Part shown: positions 30,683 through 43,825 of the stretch, one piece after another
Numbering within the stretch: the first letter of the stretch is position 1
Layout of the letters: every line of letters starts with the position of its first letter
From: Dictyostelium discoideum
Taxonomy: Eukaryota
Direction of reading: 5' to 3'
Length of the DNA: 64,000 nt
Assembly: GCA_000004695.1 (NCBI GenBank)
Contig: CM000151.3
Coordinates: forward strand, 6,400,001 to 6,464,000
The notes under the pieces: model-generated
Database searches by the model: none
What the model was told of the DNA's origin: nothing
Seen by the model: only the letters and a program-made list of their open reading frames with translations
Position numbers and translations under genes: made by a program

Positions 30683-31233
30683 TTATTTTTTAATAGTTTC
30701 ATCATCAATATCTTCTTCTATAATTTCATCATCATTTTCAATATCAAATTCATCACTGGTTTGATCATTTCCTTCTTCTTCTTGTTGTTGATTAATTAAT
30801 GGTTTTGATTTAATTAATTTATCTCTTAATTTATTTTCAATTTCTACTAAAAGATTTGGTTGAGTCTTTTCTAAAAGGTATTTAGTCTTTTCCCTACCTT
30901 GGTCTAATTTAATATCGTTATAACTATACCAAGATCCCATTTTATCTATAATTCCTTCTGCAACTGCAAGATCAATGATTTCACCAGTTTTATTTATACC
31001 AGATTGGAAATCAATATCAAAAATTGCCTCTTTAAATGGTGGTGCTAATTTATTTTTTACAACTTTTGCTTTTACTTGTGATGCAATAATATCATCTCCT
31101 TTTTTAACTGTTCCAACTTTTCTAATATCAATTCTAATTGATGAAAAAAACTATTCCAAAAAAAAAAAAAAAAAACAATAAATTAAAAAAAATAAAAAAT
31201 AAAAAAAATATTAATTATTTATAAATAAATATA

Positions 31234-31277
<44 letters not shown>

Positions 31278-32257
31278 ACCTTTAAAGCATTACCACCAGA
31301 AGTTACTTCAGGATTACCAAACATAACACCAATTTTCATACGAATTTGATTTATAAAAATTAAAACACAATTTGAATCTTTTAATGTTGGAGATAATTTA
31401 CGTAAGGCTTGTGACATTAAACGAGCTTGTACACCAAGATGAGAATCACCCATTTCACCTTCGATTTCAACTCTTGGAACCAAAGCTGCAACACTATCAA
31501 CAACGATAACAGACATTGTTTTTGAACGAAGTAAAGAATCAACGATTTCTAATGCTTGTTCACCATTGTCAGGTTGAGAAACGAATAGTTCATCTAAATT
31601 TACACCTAAACGTGCAGCCCATTGTGGGTTTAGTGCATGTTCAGCATCGATAAAAGTACAATTTCCTCCAGCTTTTTGAGCTTGAGCAATGACATGTAAT
31701 GCTAAAGTTGTTTTACCACTACTTTCAGGTCCAAATATTTCAGTGACTCTACCTTTTGGTAAACCTCCTACTCCTAATGCAATATCTAATCCCATTGATC
31801 CTGATGGTATAACTTCAACTTTTTGAGTTGAAAATTGGGACCCTAATTTCATTAATGTACCTTTACCAAAACTTTTCTCTAATTCTTTTAAAACATTCTC
31901 CATTGATGATGAAGATGCTGATTTTTTACTTGTTTTACTTGTTTCAATTTCTCCATCTTCATCATCTTCATCTTTCTTTGATTTCTCTATATAATGTTAA
32001 TAATAAATAAAATTAGTACTAAATTAAAAAAAAAAAAAAAAAAAGAATAAAAAAAAAAAGATGATAGACATACTACCTGATTTTGATGATTTTGAATAAT
32101 TATTATATAAATTGATATTAGTTTTATTTGTGAAAAGGTTTGTTTTAGTGTTACATAATGAAAAAGAATTAATTTTCAATCCATTGAATAAAATATTGTT
32201 ATTGTTAGATCTTTGAGTTATTTTATAAGTTGAAGAAAGAATTTTGTTTATTGACAT
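30683..32257 (-). CDS. recA: Mitochondrial RecA (bacterial-type recombinase, nuclear-encoded). 3 exons: join(complement(32077..32257), complement(31280..31986), complement(30683..31150)), about 451 aa.
   Basis: Exon 1 is a presequence ([21 protein letters not shown]...SKSG) ending at a GTAGTA donor (plus 32071-32076). A 90-nt intron ends at tatatAG, with phase 1 (G+AG = E). Exon 2 holds the RecA core (Walker [35 protein letters not shown], ...GGNALK) and ends at AAG|GTAAAT (31278-31279). The exon 3 acceptor ggaatAG (31151-31152) opens [13 protein letters not shown]...[35 protein letters not shown]...MGSWYSYND, which aligns with E. coli RecA (GNALKFYASVRLDIRR...VVKNKIAAPFKQAEF). Confidence 0.9.
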
Positions 32258-32587
32258 CTTTTCTCAAAAAAACAATGAAATTTAATTTAAAAAAAAAATA
32301 AAAAAAAAAATAAAAAACTAAAAAAAAAACTAAAAAATATATCAAAAAAAAAAAAAATATAAAAACAAAAATAAAAATAAAAATAAAAATAAAATAAAAT
32401 AAAAAATACAAAATAATTCGGTAATTAGGTTTTGAAATTATTGGAAAAATCAATTTCCAAGAATATTTTTTTTTATTTTTTTTTTTTTATTTTGATAGTG
32501 AATATATTTATAGAATGAATAATTTAAATTATATATATATATTTATCATTTATTATTTGTTTATTTATTTATTATTTATTTATTTAT

Positions 32588-34179
32588 TTAAAGATCAGCT
32601 AATAAATCATCATCATTATCATCATCATCATCCTCATCATCATCATTTTCTAATTTCTTTTTCATAGATTCTTCTTGAGATTTAATTTCATCATCAGTTG
32701 GAGGTATAATTTCATCCATTTCTTCAGCAAATTCTTCCCAATTTTCGAGTGCTTCTCTATAGAATTCAACTTGCATTGCTACATAATCTCTAATTTGTTT
32801 TCTAATCTCTAATTTAAAGGTTTTTTCATTTTCAACCATTTTCTTTAAAAATTCATCAGTTATTGAAGTATAATTTTTTCTACACTCCTCTTCATCCGAT
32901 TTTGCTTGAAGTGTTTTATTTGCAAATGTATCATTCTTTTTCTTTACATCAACTAAATTTGATTGTGATTGTTCATATCTAATTCTAATTAAATTTTGTT
33001 TCTTTTTTTTTTTTTTAATTTATTTATTTATTTATTTATTTATAAAAATGAATTAATAATTTAAAATTAATCATAAATAAATAATTTAATACTTACTCTT
33101 TTTAATTCTCTTGCTTTCTTTAAATCTTCATCATAAAATTCTGCTAATGGTTCAATAAATTGACCTAAGCAACCAATTACACCTTCTTTCATTGATTGAT
33201 CAAACTCTGTTATTTGTTCTCCTAAAATTCTTAATGCCTCACCTTCATCTGTTGATTTTAACATACCATTACCAAATTCTTGAATTGATTCACCAAATCC
33301 ATTATTTACTTCTAAAAAATTTATAAAAAAAAAAAAAAAAAAAAAAAAAATTATTAATTTAAAAAATATAATAATATAATTATAATAATTTTTAATGATA
33401 ATAATAATATTATTATTTTAAAATTAATATTTTTACTTACTATCTAAAGCAAACATTGTATTTTTACCATTTTTAGTAAAAATTTTACAATCCTTTTTTA
33501 ATTCTGATAAAGTATTTTTCATTTTTTTAATATCATCAGAATCGGCACCAGCAGAAGAAGTTTTACCCATTTTTTCTAAATACATTTGAGTTGAAATTGA
33601 AACTGTTAATGATAATCTTTTCATTCTAGATTTATTTGGACTTGTTGCATTTGTAGGTTGAGAATTTGTTATAGGTGCATTTGTATTTGATGTTGGAGTT
33701 GAAGTAATACTATTACCACTAAATGAGCTATTGGAATAAGTAGAATTATTTGATGAATTTATATTATTTTCTTTATTACTATTATCAGCAGAACTTGCAC
33801 CATTTGCTTGATCTATAGTATTAGCATTAAACTTTTTATGTCTTCTAGTGTTAAAATAATGATGATCTGTAGATCCATATACTCTATTACTTGTTGGATT
33901 ATTATATTTATTATTATAATAATTATCATTATCATAACTATTATTATAATTATTATTATAACTATTATTATAATTATTATTATTATTATTAATACTATTA
34001 TTATTATAATTATTATTTTTTGAACTTACATTACTACCACTACTACTCATATTATTTTTTAATGGATTTTTATTATTATTATGTTTTTGTATATAATCAT
34101 CTGAAGAAATACTTTTTTTTGAATGATCATATGAAACTGATTTAGATCTTTCTCTATCTAAATATTGAGTTGTTGCCAT
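32588..34179 (-). CDS. BAR (Bin/amphiphysin/Rvs)-domain protein with N-terminal N/S-rich region and acidic C-terminal tail. 3 exons: join(complement(33441..34179), complement(33097..33311), complement(32588..33001)), about 455 aa.
   Basis: Donors GTAAGT (plus 33435-33440) and GTAAGT (plus 33091-33096); acceptors ttttttAG (plus 33312-33313) and aaaaaAG (plus 33002-33003); phases 1 and 0 are preserved. The spliced core ...QMYLEKMGK...FALDKVNNGFGESIQEFGNGMLKSTDEGEALRILGEQITEFDQSMKEGVIGCLGQFIEPLAEFYDEDLKKARELKRKQNLIRIRYEQ... follows the endophilin/amphiphysin N-BAR pattern (..GExM...G.......G.AL...GE....L.......L...V...F..PL.......LK........KL...R.D.D). Confidence 0.6.
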
Positions 34180-35702
34180 TTTATTTTTATAATTATTATT
34201 TTAATTATTTTAATTATTTATATATATTTATATATTTGATGAATGATTTTTAAATAATTTTATTTATTGAAGGGGTAATGATTTTATAATTTTAATTATT
34301 TTTGTTTTGTTTTGGTTTGTTTATTTTTTTATTTTTTTTATTTATTTTTTTTTTTGTTAATTATTTTTGTTTTTTTTTTTATTATTATTATTATTATTGT
34401 TTGAATGTATTAAATTAAATTTAATATAATGAGAGAGTAGTGGTAGTATTGGTGGTTACTTCCTAAAAAAATGTAATTAAATTCCTATAATAATTTATTT
34501 TGACAATATAATTAAAGTGTTAAATTAATGATTCTATCTTACATCAACAAACGCGCACATTCAACACATACACACAAAAACTAAAAATAGAACACACATA
34601 TAAAAAAAAAAAAAAAAAAAAAAAAACACCCAAAAACAATAATAATAATAATAAACAAAAAGAGAATGTGTGAGTTTTTTACACCACACTTGTATAAATA
34701 TTCTTTGTATACTTTTTTTTGTAAAAAATAAAAAGAACAAAAATTGTTTCACCAATAAAAAGGATTAATCTTGTAAAAATCCCAATGAACGATCAAGATT
34801 TAAATTTATACTTTTCCACTTCACTGAAAATAGAAACAAAAACAAAACAAAAAAAAAATTAAAAATAAAAAATAAATAAATGGAATAATAAAATAATAAA
34901 ATAAAAAAAAAAGAATTTTTCTATTTATATTTTTATTAATATATATTTAATCCTTACACTTTAATATATATATATATTATATTGTTTTTTTTTTTTTTTT
35001 CTTTTTCTTTAAATAAAAAAAAATTATTATGTAATCTAATTTATTTTTTTTAATTATTTTTTTAATTATTATTTTATCATAAAATAACTATAGGAAGAGA
35101 TTGATTGAATTGTAAAAATAATATAATTTTACAATGAGGTAAAAAAAAAAAAAAATTAAATGATTGAATAAATATTTATTATTATTTATTTAAATAATTT
35201 GTAAAATAAAAAATGAAAATAAAAAAATGCTGTTTAAAATTAGTTTGTTTTTGTTTTTTTTTTTTTTACAATAAATCCAGTGTTTATTAATTTAATCACG
35301 AGTGATTTTTTTTTTTTTCTTTTTTTTTTTAAAATTTCCAAAAAAAAAAAAATCATATTTATTATTATAAAAAATGGTTTGACAATTACAATAAAATCAT
35401 TTCCTACCTTTTAGAAGATAATTATTTATTTGTGTGGTGATGATGAATTTTTTTGATCATTCTCTTGTTATTTTCGGTACAAAACAGAACCCCTTTAAAA
35501 AAAAAAAAAAAAATAAAATAAAATAAAAAAAAAAAATAAAAATTTTGATTATTTATTTTTATTTTTCAAAGAAAACAATCAATCAAAAAAAAATAAATAA
35601 AAAAAAAGGAAAAAAAAAAAAAAATTGTTACACTTTTTAATGTTATTTGTAAAAAAAATTTTTATTTTTTTTATTTATTTTTTATTATTAAATTTTATTG
35701 AC

Positions 35703-38700
35703 CTATTGAGATAAATTTGAAGATTCTCTATTTAAACAACTTTTTGCAACAGAATCAAATAATTGAGCAATTTCTGGAGCAACTTTTGTGAAACCATGAG
35801 ACCAAAAGTTATATCTTAAATTTTTAATTAATTCGATAAAAGTGATTAATAGACCCCATGGATGTGGTTTATTACTAATTAATCTTTCCAAGAGTACTCT
35901 GGTGATTTGTTCTTTGATAATATCTTGACCAGATTCAGAGAAGAGGAATAAAATTACACAACTTAAGTAATGGGTATGATTATTTGGATAACGAAGTTGA
36001 TTGGCGATTGCATTGAAAAAGATATAACGACCTTCACTATCGAGATCCAAAGCCAAACGATGGAAAATATCCATTGGAGCACTTTGTGATGGTGTTGGAG
36101 CAACACCAGATTTACGTTGAATTTGTGGAATTGCCAATGTTCCAATGTATAAAACGAGTGAATTAATGAGTGGTACATTGTATTTGGTGCCAGCAGCCAA
36201 GATTTCCTCTTTATCGGTGAGTAGTAAATGTTTATTCTTTAAATCCAACAAGAAAGAATATGGACCTCTATTCTTGAAGTAATTATCAATTTCAATTTTT
36301 AAACCTTTAAGACTTGCGGTAAAGTTTGAAGAGATTTTTGGTGGTTGATTAATATCTGGTAACATATCAATCTTTAAGTTTGGAGTGAAAGGATCTGGTA
36401 ATCTCATATTTCTTGGAAAGGCGGATAAGATGAGATTACGAAGTTGAATACAAGTATTTGGAATGACATCACATAAACTGAAATGATATTCACAGAGGAA
36501 CTCTGGGAAGTCATGAAGGAGTAAAAGGAGGACCTTCAAAGTACCCTTGTAGAGAACACGTACAGGTTCACTTAAGTCACCACCACGAAGGAAAGGTTCC
36601 AAGAATTTAAAGTGTTGAACCAATAGAGCATGGAACCATTGTTTTTGTTGTCTAATTAAAAGTTTTGGCATAAAGGATTTGTGAGAGAGAAGATCTAACC
36701 ATGCAAAACAGAAACCTGGATACTTTTGTGGTTGAAGTGTTGCCAAAGCATTGACAAAACAAAAGAGAATATGATTTGAGACATGTTCAAGTATTGGATC
36801 TGGTGAGGTTAAATCGACCAAAAGATTTTCAAATATTCTAAGGTAAGGACGTTGATTGAAACGTGATGGATTATTTTCATAGTCTTTGGTGAGGATTTTA
36901 ATTAGGACACTTAAGACTTTGGTTAACATATTGAGTTTGGTTGGATCGGCATGTTTGACCATCATTACAACGAATCTACACCAAGAGTCAATCTCAAGGT
37001 ATTGTGGTGATTGAATTTCAACATTTGCAGCATAACGTTCCAATGCATACTCTAAACCCAATCTAAAGAATTTAATAAAGTAAAGTTCATTCTTCATAAA
37101 ACTAATTTGTAATACTTGACCAAGATATTGAATGAGTATCTTTTGATCGGTATTGGTTGATGAGAAAAGTAACCAATCTTGAAGAAGAGCAATGACAGCC
37201 TCTCTAAGACCTGGTGGATCAACAATCATATCCTCTTGACGAATACGAGAGATACGACGTTTCTTTTCTTCTTTTGGTGAGTTTTTAATTTCTTCAAGAG
37301 TTTTGGCCAACATTTCCGATGGTGAACGACTACTAATCTTTTGAAGGAGATCAAAAGTTGATGGAAACTCTGAAAGATTTGCATAGTTATTTTCAACAAG
37401 ACAGAATCTTAATAGACTAATTGCAAAATCAATGGGTGGAGCCGAACGTGAATCTATCATCATCTTTGAGAGTGCCAAATCATATTCGTTTATATTAATC
37501 AATTGATGAATGATTAAACCTGCTACCAATACACGATTTAATTTCTTATCAGGTGTACTAAATAAAAGGAATGATGTAATGGTGGTAATAACCTTTTGAT
37601 CCCAATCACGTAAAACTTCTAAAAGTTCAAAATAAATTTCATAAATTGGTTTCTTTTCTTGTTCACATAATCTATTACATAATCTTTGTGCAAAACCTGC
37701 TAATAATTCTGATTGACTTTGTGACATACGAACTAATGTAAGAATTTGTTGACTAATTGTATATAAAAGTTCTAATTCAATATTTTGAGTTTGAGCTAAA
37801 ACTCTAATTACAACTTTATCAACTTCATTTAATAATAATCCAAATTTCTCTAAAAGATCTGAATTTGGTAAATTTTGTTGTTGTTGTTGTTGTTGTTGTT
37901 GAACTTGTTGTTGTTGTTGTTGAACTTGCTGTTGTTGTTGTTGTTGTTGTTGATGCTGTTGTTGAGCAGCTTGAAGAGCAGCTTGTTGAGCTTGTTGTTG
38001 TAATAATTGCATTTGAATTTGTTGCTGTTGTTGTTGTTGTAAAATTTGTTGAGAAACTTGTTGTTGCATTTGTTGTTGAACCAATTGTTGTGACATAACA
38101 CCAGTTGATTTAATAGCACCACTAACAATATCATTAGTTGGAGAAGCAGTTAAATTATCAGTTTCACCAGCACCACCAACATTTGAAATATTTATATGAT
38201 GTGGAAGATTAGTGAAATCTTCATAGACACGAAATTGATCTGGTTGAATACCACCTGGTTTTGGACGTAATGATTCTGGGAGAGTATTATAGATTGTAGT
38301 GGTGAGATAACCCATATCAAAGAATGGTTGTGAACCCATTTGTTCTCTATGTTTAAGACGATCATTGTAACTACTAGCCAATACTTCATCGATGGAAATG
38401 ATTGCTTTTTCAGTGGCAGCGGTTTCAACGATGGAACAAGCAAAATCTAAATTTTCATTACAAACCAAACTAATTGCATGCTCTAATGGTATCTCACAAG
38501 GTGGAAGACCATTATTATTTTGAAGAAGAGTTCTAAGGTAAGCAATGATTGAAACACGAAGTGGATCTTTACAAGTGACCAAAGCAAGACTACCAGCAAG
38601 ATTTTGAACCATTAAATGAGAGGCTCTCTTCATTTTTTGTTCATCAGCTTCGGTGGCAAAATCTTTACTAACCAATTCTTTAGAGGTAATTACAGCGATG

Positions 38701-39662
38701 GCAACTGATCTTTCAACTACTGGAGCGATGATTTCACGAACTGCCTTATCGAATGCCAAAGGTACAGCTTTCTTAAAGATTGGTGATTGAGCATAGGCAC
38801 CAATGGAAGGAGTGTAAACAAGATAACGTGGAAGATTTGAAAGTAAATCGATTGATGATTGTTTATTATCTTTTCTCATGTTTTCTTCTTGTTGTTCAAT
38901 TTCACGTTGTTGACGACGATCGGCTAGAATGGTTGTTGGTTTAACAGTATTAATATCAACGGATAAATTATTACAAAGTAATTCCACTTCGAATTTGATA
39001 TTATTTTTGGATTCTTTCAATTGATAAATTTCAACCATTAAACGTAATATTGCCATCACCCAAGGATTTGGTGGTCTGAATACTTTTGATTGTTGACAAT
39101 GTTCCAATAGTTTTGCAACAAATGGAACGATTGCAATTAATAAACCATTCTCTGCTGCATAAATTAAAAGATCCTTTGGTGAAATGACCTTTTGTAACAA
39201 TGGTTTATTACGAGCCAAAGTATTTAAACCTAACCAACCACCCAAATTCTTTAGGAGTGAACGTTCACTATGATCAACACGAATCTTTTCTGATTTTAAA
39301 AGGGTATGAACATTTTGATGAGAATGGAAAAGTACACGCTCTGAAATCGTTGGAATACAAAGACGGTCAATAAATGCAAGATAAAGTGCATGGAAATTTG
39401 CTTCAATTGAAACTCTCTTTACAACAAGATATTGAGCAAAGTAATCATAGTATTCTGGTTTCAAAATATCTTTAAGATCTTTTGCTTTAACATCTAAATT
39501 ATTTTGTGAAATATTATTAATAATAAAGTAAATCTTATCTTTGGTAATATCATCTGGTTGAATCATTTCTTTCGATGCATTTAAAAGTGTACCAATTGGT
39601 ATGGTTGTACTAAATGCATCTTCTTGATCTTTTTTTCTTTTATCATCATCTTTACCATTTGG

Positions 39663-39704
<42 letters not shown>

Positions 39705-40556
39705 ATGATGTTGTTGTTGTTGTTGATGGTGATGATGTTGTTGATGATGTTGTTGTTGTTGTTGCTGTTGTAATTGTTGATGTTGATGATGTTGTTGTTG
39801 TAATTGTATTTGTTGTTGTAATTGTAATTGTTGAGCCATTTTATGTTGTAGTAATTGTTGTTGTTGTAACATTTGTTGTTGTTGTAATAATTGTTGTTGT
39901 TGTTGTGGAGTTAATTGATGATATTGATCGGCTGAAATATCATTACCACCACCACCAACATTACCACTTGAAGTATTTGAATCATAGGTGAAATTCTCTG
40001 CATCTTGGATTTGTTGAGATGATAGGATTGTAGTAGCAGGTGGAGAATTTGCAGATTTTTGTTGTTGAGGTTGTTGTTGTGGTTGTTGTTGTTGTTGTTG
40101 TTGTTGTGGTTGTTGTTGTTGTTGAAATTCCATACCATTTTTTATTGGATCGCTTGATTCAATGATTTTATTAACTGATAAAATTATATCGCCATAATTA
40201 TCTCTAAAATGATCTATTGAACAAATTTGAGCCCAATATTGTGGCCATTCAACCAATCTATTTGCAAATGAGATTAATGAATTTACACCAAAAATAAACA
40301 TATTACTATTCAATGGGAATCTCATTGCCTCCAATACATATTTTAATGCAACTCTTAATGGTTGTGAGGAAATCAATTGATTCTTTATCAATGATCCAAA
40401 TAATAAACCTGTAATTTTCAATTCTTTATCTGGATAATCACTAAGGAATTTATATTCATCAAATAAATTAAATAATAAACATTTGAATATATCTTGATCC
40501 CTATTTTTTTTTTAAAAAAAAAAAAAAAAATAAAAATGATATTAGTAAAATTAATT

Positions 40557-40595
<39 letters not shown>

Positions 40596-41218
40596 CATTT
40601 TAAATATACAAACTTTTGATTTTTTGAAACTTTATATTCTTTTAATACAGAAATAATTTGATCAACAGAAATTTCACCAGAATATAATTTAATAAAGTAA
40701 GAATTTGTTTCATCTTCAACTTCTGCAGGGAATCTTCTTTCTGTGGTTTCAGATTCTGCTGTTTGAAGTGCTGCACTAATATTCTTTAAATCATTAAATA
40801 AATCTGTAGGAATTTGATCAGGAGCCGCCATTAATGTTTTGCAAAGTGTTGATAATACATTATTTGAAATTTGAATTGATTGAGGTGGGAATGATCCTGA
40901 TCCTGTTGTTGCTGTTGTTGGTGATGCTGATGCTGCTGTATTGGAGTTTTCTTCACCACTTTTTCCTTTCTTTAATACACGATCATTCAAAAAAGAAATA
41001 CATTCTTTAATGAAACTTTGATGATCATCTTCTTTCATTCTTTCTTGAACCCATCGTTCTAAAAATAAATATTCTCTCTGTGATGCTAAAGCTGCTAAAT
41101 TCACAATAAATGGATATGTTTTACAATATAACATTTGTCTAAGAATCTAAAATGATTTTTTATAAAAAAAAAAAAAAAAAAGAAAATGAAAGTAAAAATA
41201 AAAAAAAAAAAAATTTTG

Positions 41219-41272
<54 letters not shown>

Positions 41273-41642
41273 ATTAGTTTTGGATGTTCAAAAAAAAAAA
41301 AAATTAAAAAAATTGAAAATTTTCGAAATTCCAAAAAAAAAAAAAATATGCCTTTAAGAAAATTTCGCAGAAAAAAAAAAATGATTGTAACAATAAACCT
41401 TACCTTTAATTCTTGGGCTACATCTAAAAGTCTTGATAATTCTTTTGGATCTTTTTGAGTTATATCAGCCATTATTTGAATAACTGTTAATGGATGATCT
41501 TTCCATAATTGTGAAACAATTGATTGATAATTATGTTGTGATAATAAAGTTTGAAATAATGTTGTTAATAATTCATTTTGTAATTTATTTTTTTTAAGTG
41601 TCTTTTTTTTTTTTAAAAAATAAAATATATTAGTTATTTTTT

Positions 41643-41683
<41 letters not shown>

Positions 41684-42752
41684 AAAAACTTACAATTGAA
41701 GAAACACCTAAAATTAAAAGATCAAGACAATTTTTAATTGGAGAATCAAATAATGGTTTAACTTTTGAATAATGTTCAGAATCAATATCAGATAATTGAA
41801 GTAAAGTTTCAATTAAAGAGATTGAATTCCAATGAGCAATAGTTGGTGGTGTTGATTTACTGAGACTAGATTGATCGATTCTTTTCTTTGTAGAATTTTG
41901 GAATGGGAAGAAATCAGATTGAATTGCAATCTTTAAAAATTGAATTTGACTTAATGAATTTACCCAAACCCTATCGAGAATAAAATCAATTGGGAATGGT
42001 TTGGATTGTTGTTGATCAACTTGAGTTGCTTTTTTATATACAGCTAAAATGAATGCCAAACCACGTTGATCCATATTATTAACGATTGGGCAATCCATTT
42101 CTCTAATAACTATATCCCAATCAATTGTTGGATATAATTCTTTGATAACATCTACAAAAATTGAAATATTCCATTCATCTGGTATATTTGTTGTATTATT
42201 ATTATTATTATTATTACTATTGGTTGTTGTTGTTGTTGATGATGATTCATTTTCAGATTGTTGTTTTGGTGAAGAAGATGTTGGTGATGTATTTGAAGTT
42301 TCTTTATCATTTAAATCATTAAATGTTAAATAAGGAATTTTAGTTTTTTCATTTTCATCATTATTTTCATTATTATTATTATTATTATTATTAGTATTAC
42401 TTGTTAATTCTGCCATTGAAACTATAATTTGAGCTATATCAGATTCTGTTAATTTTTGAAATTGGAATAAAATATCTTTTAAAGTAGAAGCGGATGAACA
42501 ACTAGAATATCCAATGCTTGATATAATTTGATAGGGTACATTTTGTTGAGAGACTTTAGAGATGATTGAATTTACATAGGATGGATTATCTTGTTGTAAT
42601 CTTTTGGAGTTGGTAATTCCACCACCCCCACTACCACTACTTTGATCGTTATCTACTAATGGTGATAATGCTAATGAATTTGGTGGTGAAATTGATTGAA
42701 GATATTTAATTACTTCTGAATAATGTTGTTGATTTTGTTGTTGTTGACTGTT

Positions 42753-42820
<68 letters not shown>

Positions 42821-43825
42821 GATTATTTTGTTGTTGTTGATTATTTTGTTGTTGTAATTGATTTGTTTCTTGAATTTTAAATTTATATAATAATTGATGT
42901 AATAAGTTTTCAGGTAATGATTTTGTATTTGATTGTGATAATTGAATTAAAGTATTTAATAAAAATTTATCGGCTTGTTCACGTACTTCTTTATCTAATG
43001 ATTGAGAGAGTGCTAAACCTAACATAATTTCATGAGATGGCGTTAACTTTAAAGTTGATGAAAAGTGTACCAAGAATTCATTGTTTAAAACCTCATAACC
43101 ATCAAATGCCTTACAAAGTACACTGATGAAATGTGGTTGTTTAGTTAATCTTGAGAATTCATCTTTAAATAATTGAATCTTTAATTGATTTGATGATGAT
43201 GATGATGCTGCTGTTGATGATGCTGTTGTTGATGGTGTTGTTGGTGTTGAAGTTGTTGTTGAAGTTGCCGATGTAGTAGTTGGTGATGTTGTAATTGGTG
43301 TATTTGTATTCTTAAAATCAATACTATCTACTAAACATCTAAAAATATAAATTTCAGCTTGACTACCATATTGATTAATTATCTAATTTAAAAAAAAATA
43401 AAATAATGATTAATAATTGAAATTTAACTTTTTTTTTTTTCTTTCAAAAAAATTTTACATACTTGCGATAATTCTGAAGAATTTGATTTATAAGATTTTT
43501 TAGTTAAATTTGAAATTAAATTTTTAATTTGAGTTGCAATCACAAAACTAAGATTGCTAATTGTATTACTGTCTGTTTGTTCATTATTATTGTTACTTCC
43601 AACTTGAAGTGTCCACGTTTTATAAAATGATTTATCTGATGAAAGTTTATTAAATTTATTAAAAATATTATTTGGATCAGTATATTCTGATGTTTCCTCT
43701 TTATTATTACCATTATTATTATTATCATTATTATTAATACTATTATTATTATTATCGTTATTAATACTATCGTTATTAACTTCTGATGATTTTTTTAAAT
43801 CAATTTCACTAGGTTTAGTTGACAT
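35703..43825 (-). CDS. not1: CCR4-NOT transcription complex subunit 1 (Not1/CNOT1) homologue. 5 exons: join(complement(43463..43825), complement(41694..43382), complement(41404..41601), complement(40614..41146), complement(35703..40500)), about 2526 aa.
   Basis: Colinear with human CNOT1 from the N-terminus (exon 1 ...ISNLSFVIATQIKNLISNLTKKSYKSNSSELSQ; exon 2 IINQYGSQAEIYIFRCLVDSIDFK...). Further matches: SRLLDVAQELK, PFIVNLAALASQREYL, DYPDKELKITGLLFG, the MIF4G region (RSLLKNLGGWLG...VVPFVAKLLE...FRPPNPWVMAIL), and the NOT1 C-terminal superfamily domain (LILSAFPRNMRLPDPFTPNLKIDML...GRYIFFNAIANQLRYPNNHTHY...LLERLISNKPHPWGLLITFIELIKN). Donors: GTATGT, GTAAGT, GTAAGG, GTTTGT. All acceptors are AG and phases are continuous (total 7581 nt). 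Several listed ORF starts are TTG codons inside exons. Confidence 0.9.

Noticed and set aside
30975-31181. ORF 30975..31181 (+) 68 aa
   Set aside because: It lies antisense to recA exon 3, whose minus-strand frame encodes a conserved RecA C-terminal domain. There is no independent support.
37850-40138. ORFs 37865..38098 (+) and 39614..39991 (+) poly-V/D, and 37850..38134, 38192..38443, 39911..40138 (-) N/H-rich
   Set aside because: These are frame-shifted or antisense translations of the (CAA)n poly-Q tracts of Not1. The real frame is the 1572-aa ORF.
41101-41472. ORF 41101..41472 (-) read as an independent 123-aa protein, and ORF 41186..41458 (+) poly-K
   Set aside because: Only the first 23 codons (MADITQKDPKELSRLLDVAQELK) are coding (Not1 exon 3). 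After the GTAAGG donor the remainder is intron containing a poly(T)/poly(A) run, and the plus-strand poly-K ORF is that homopolymer.
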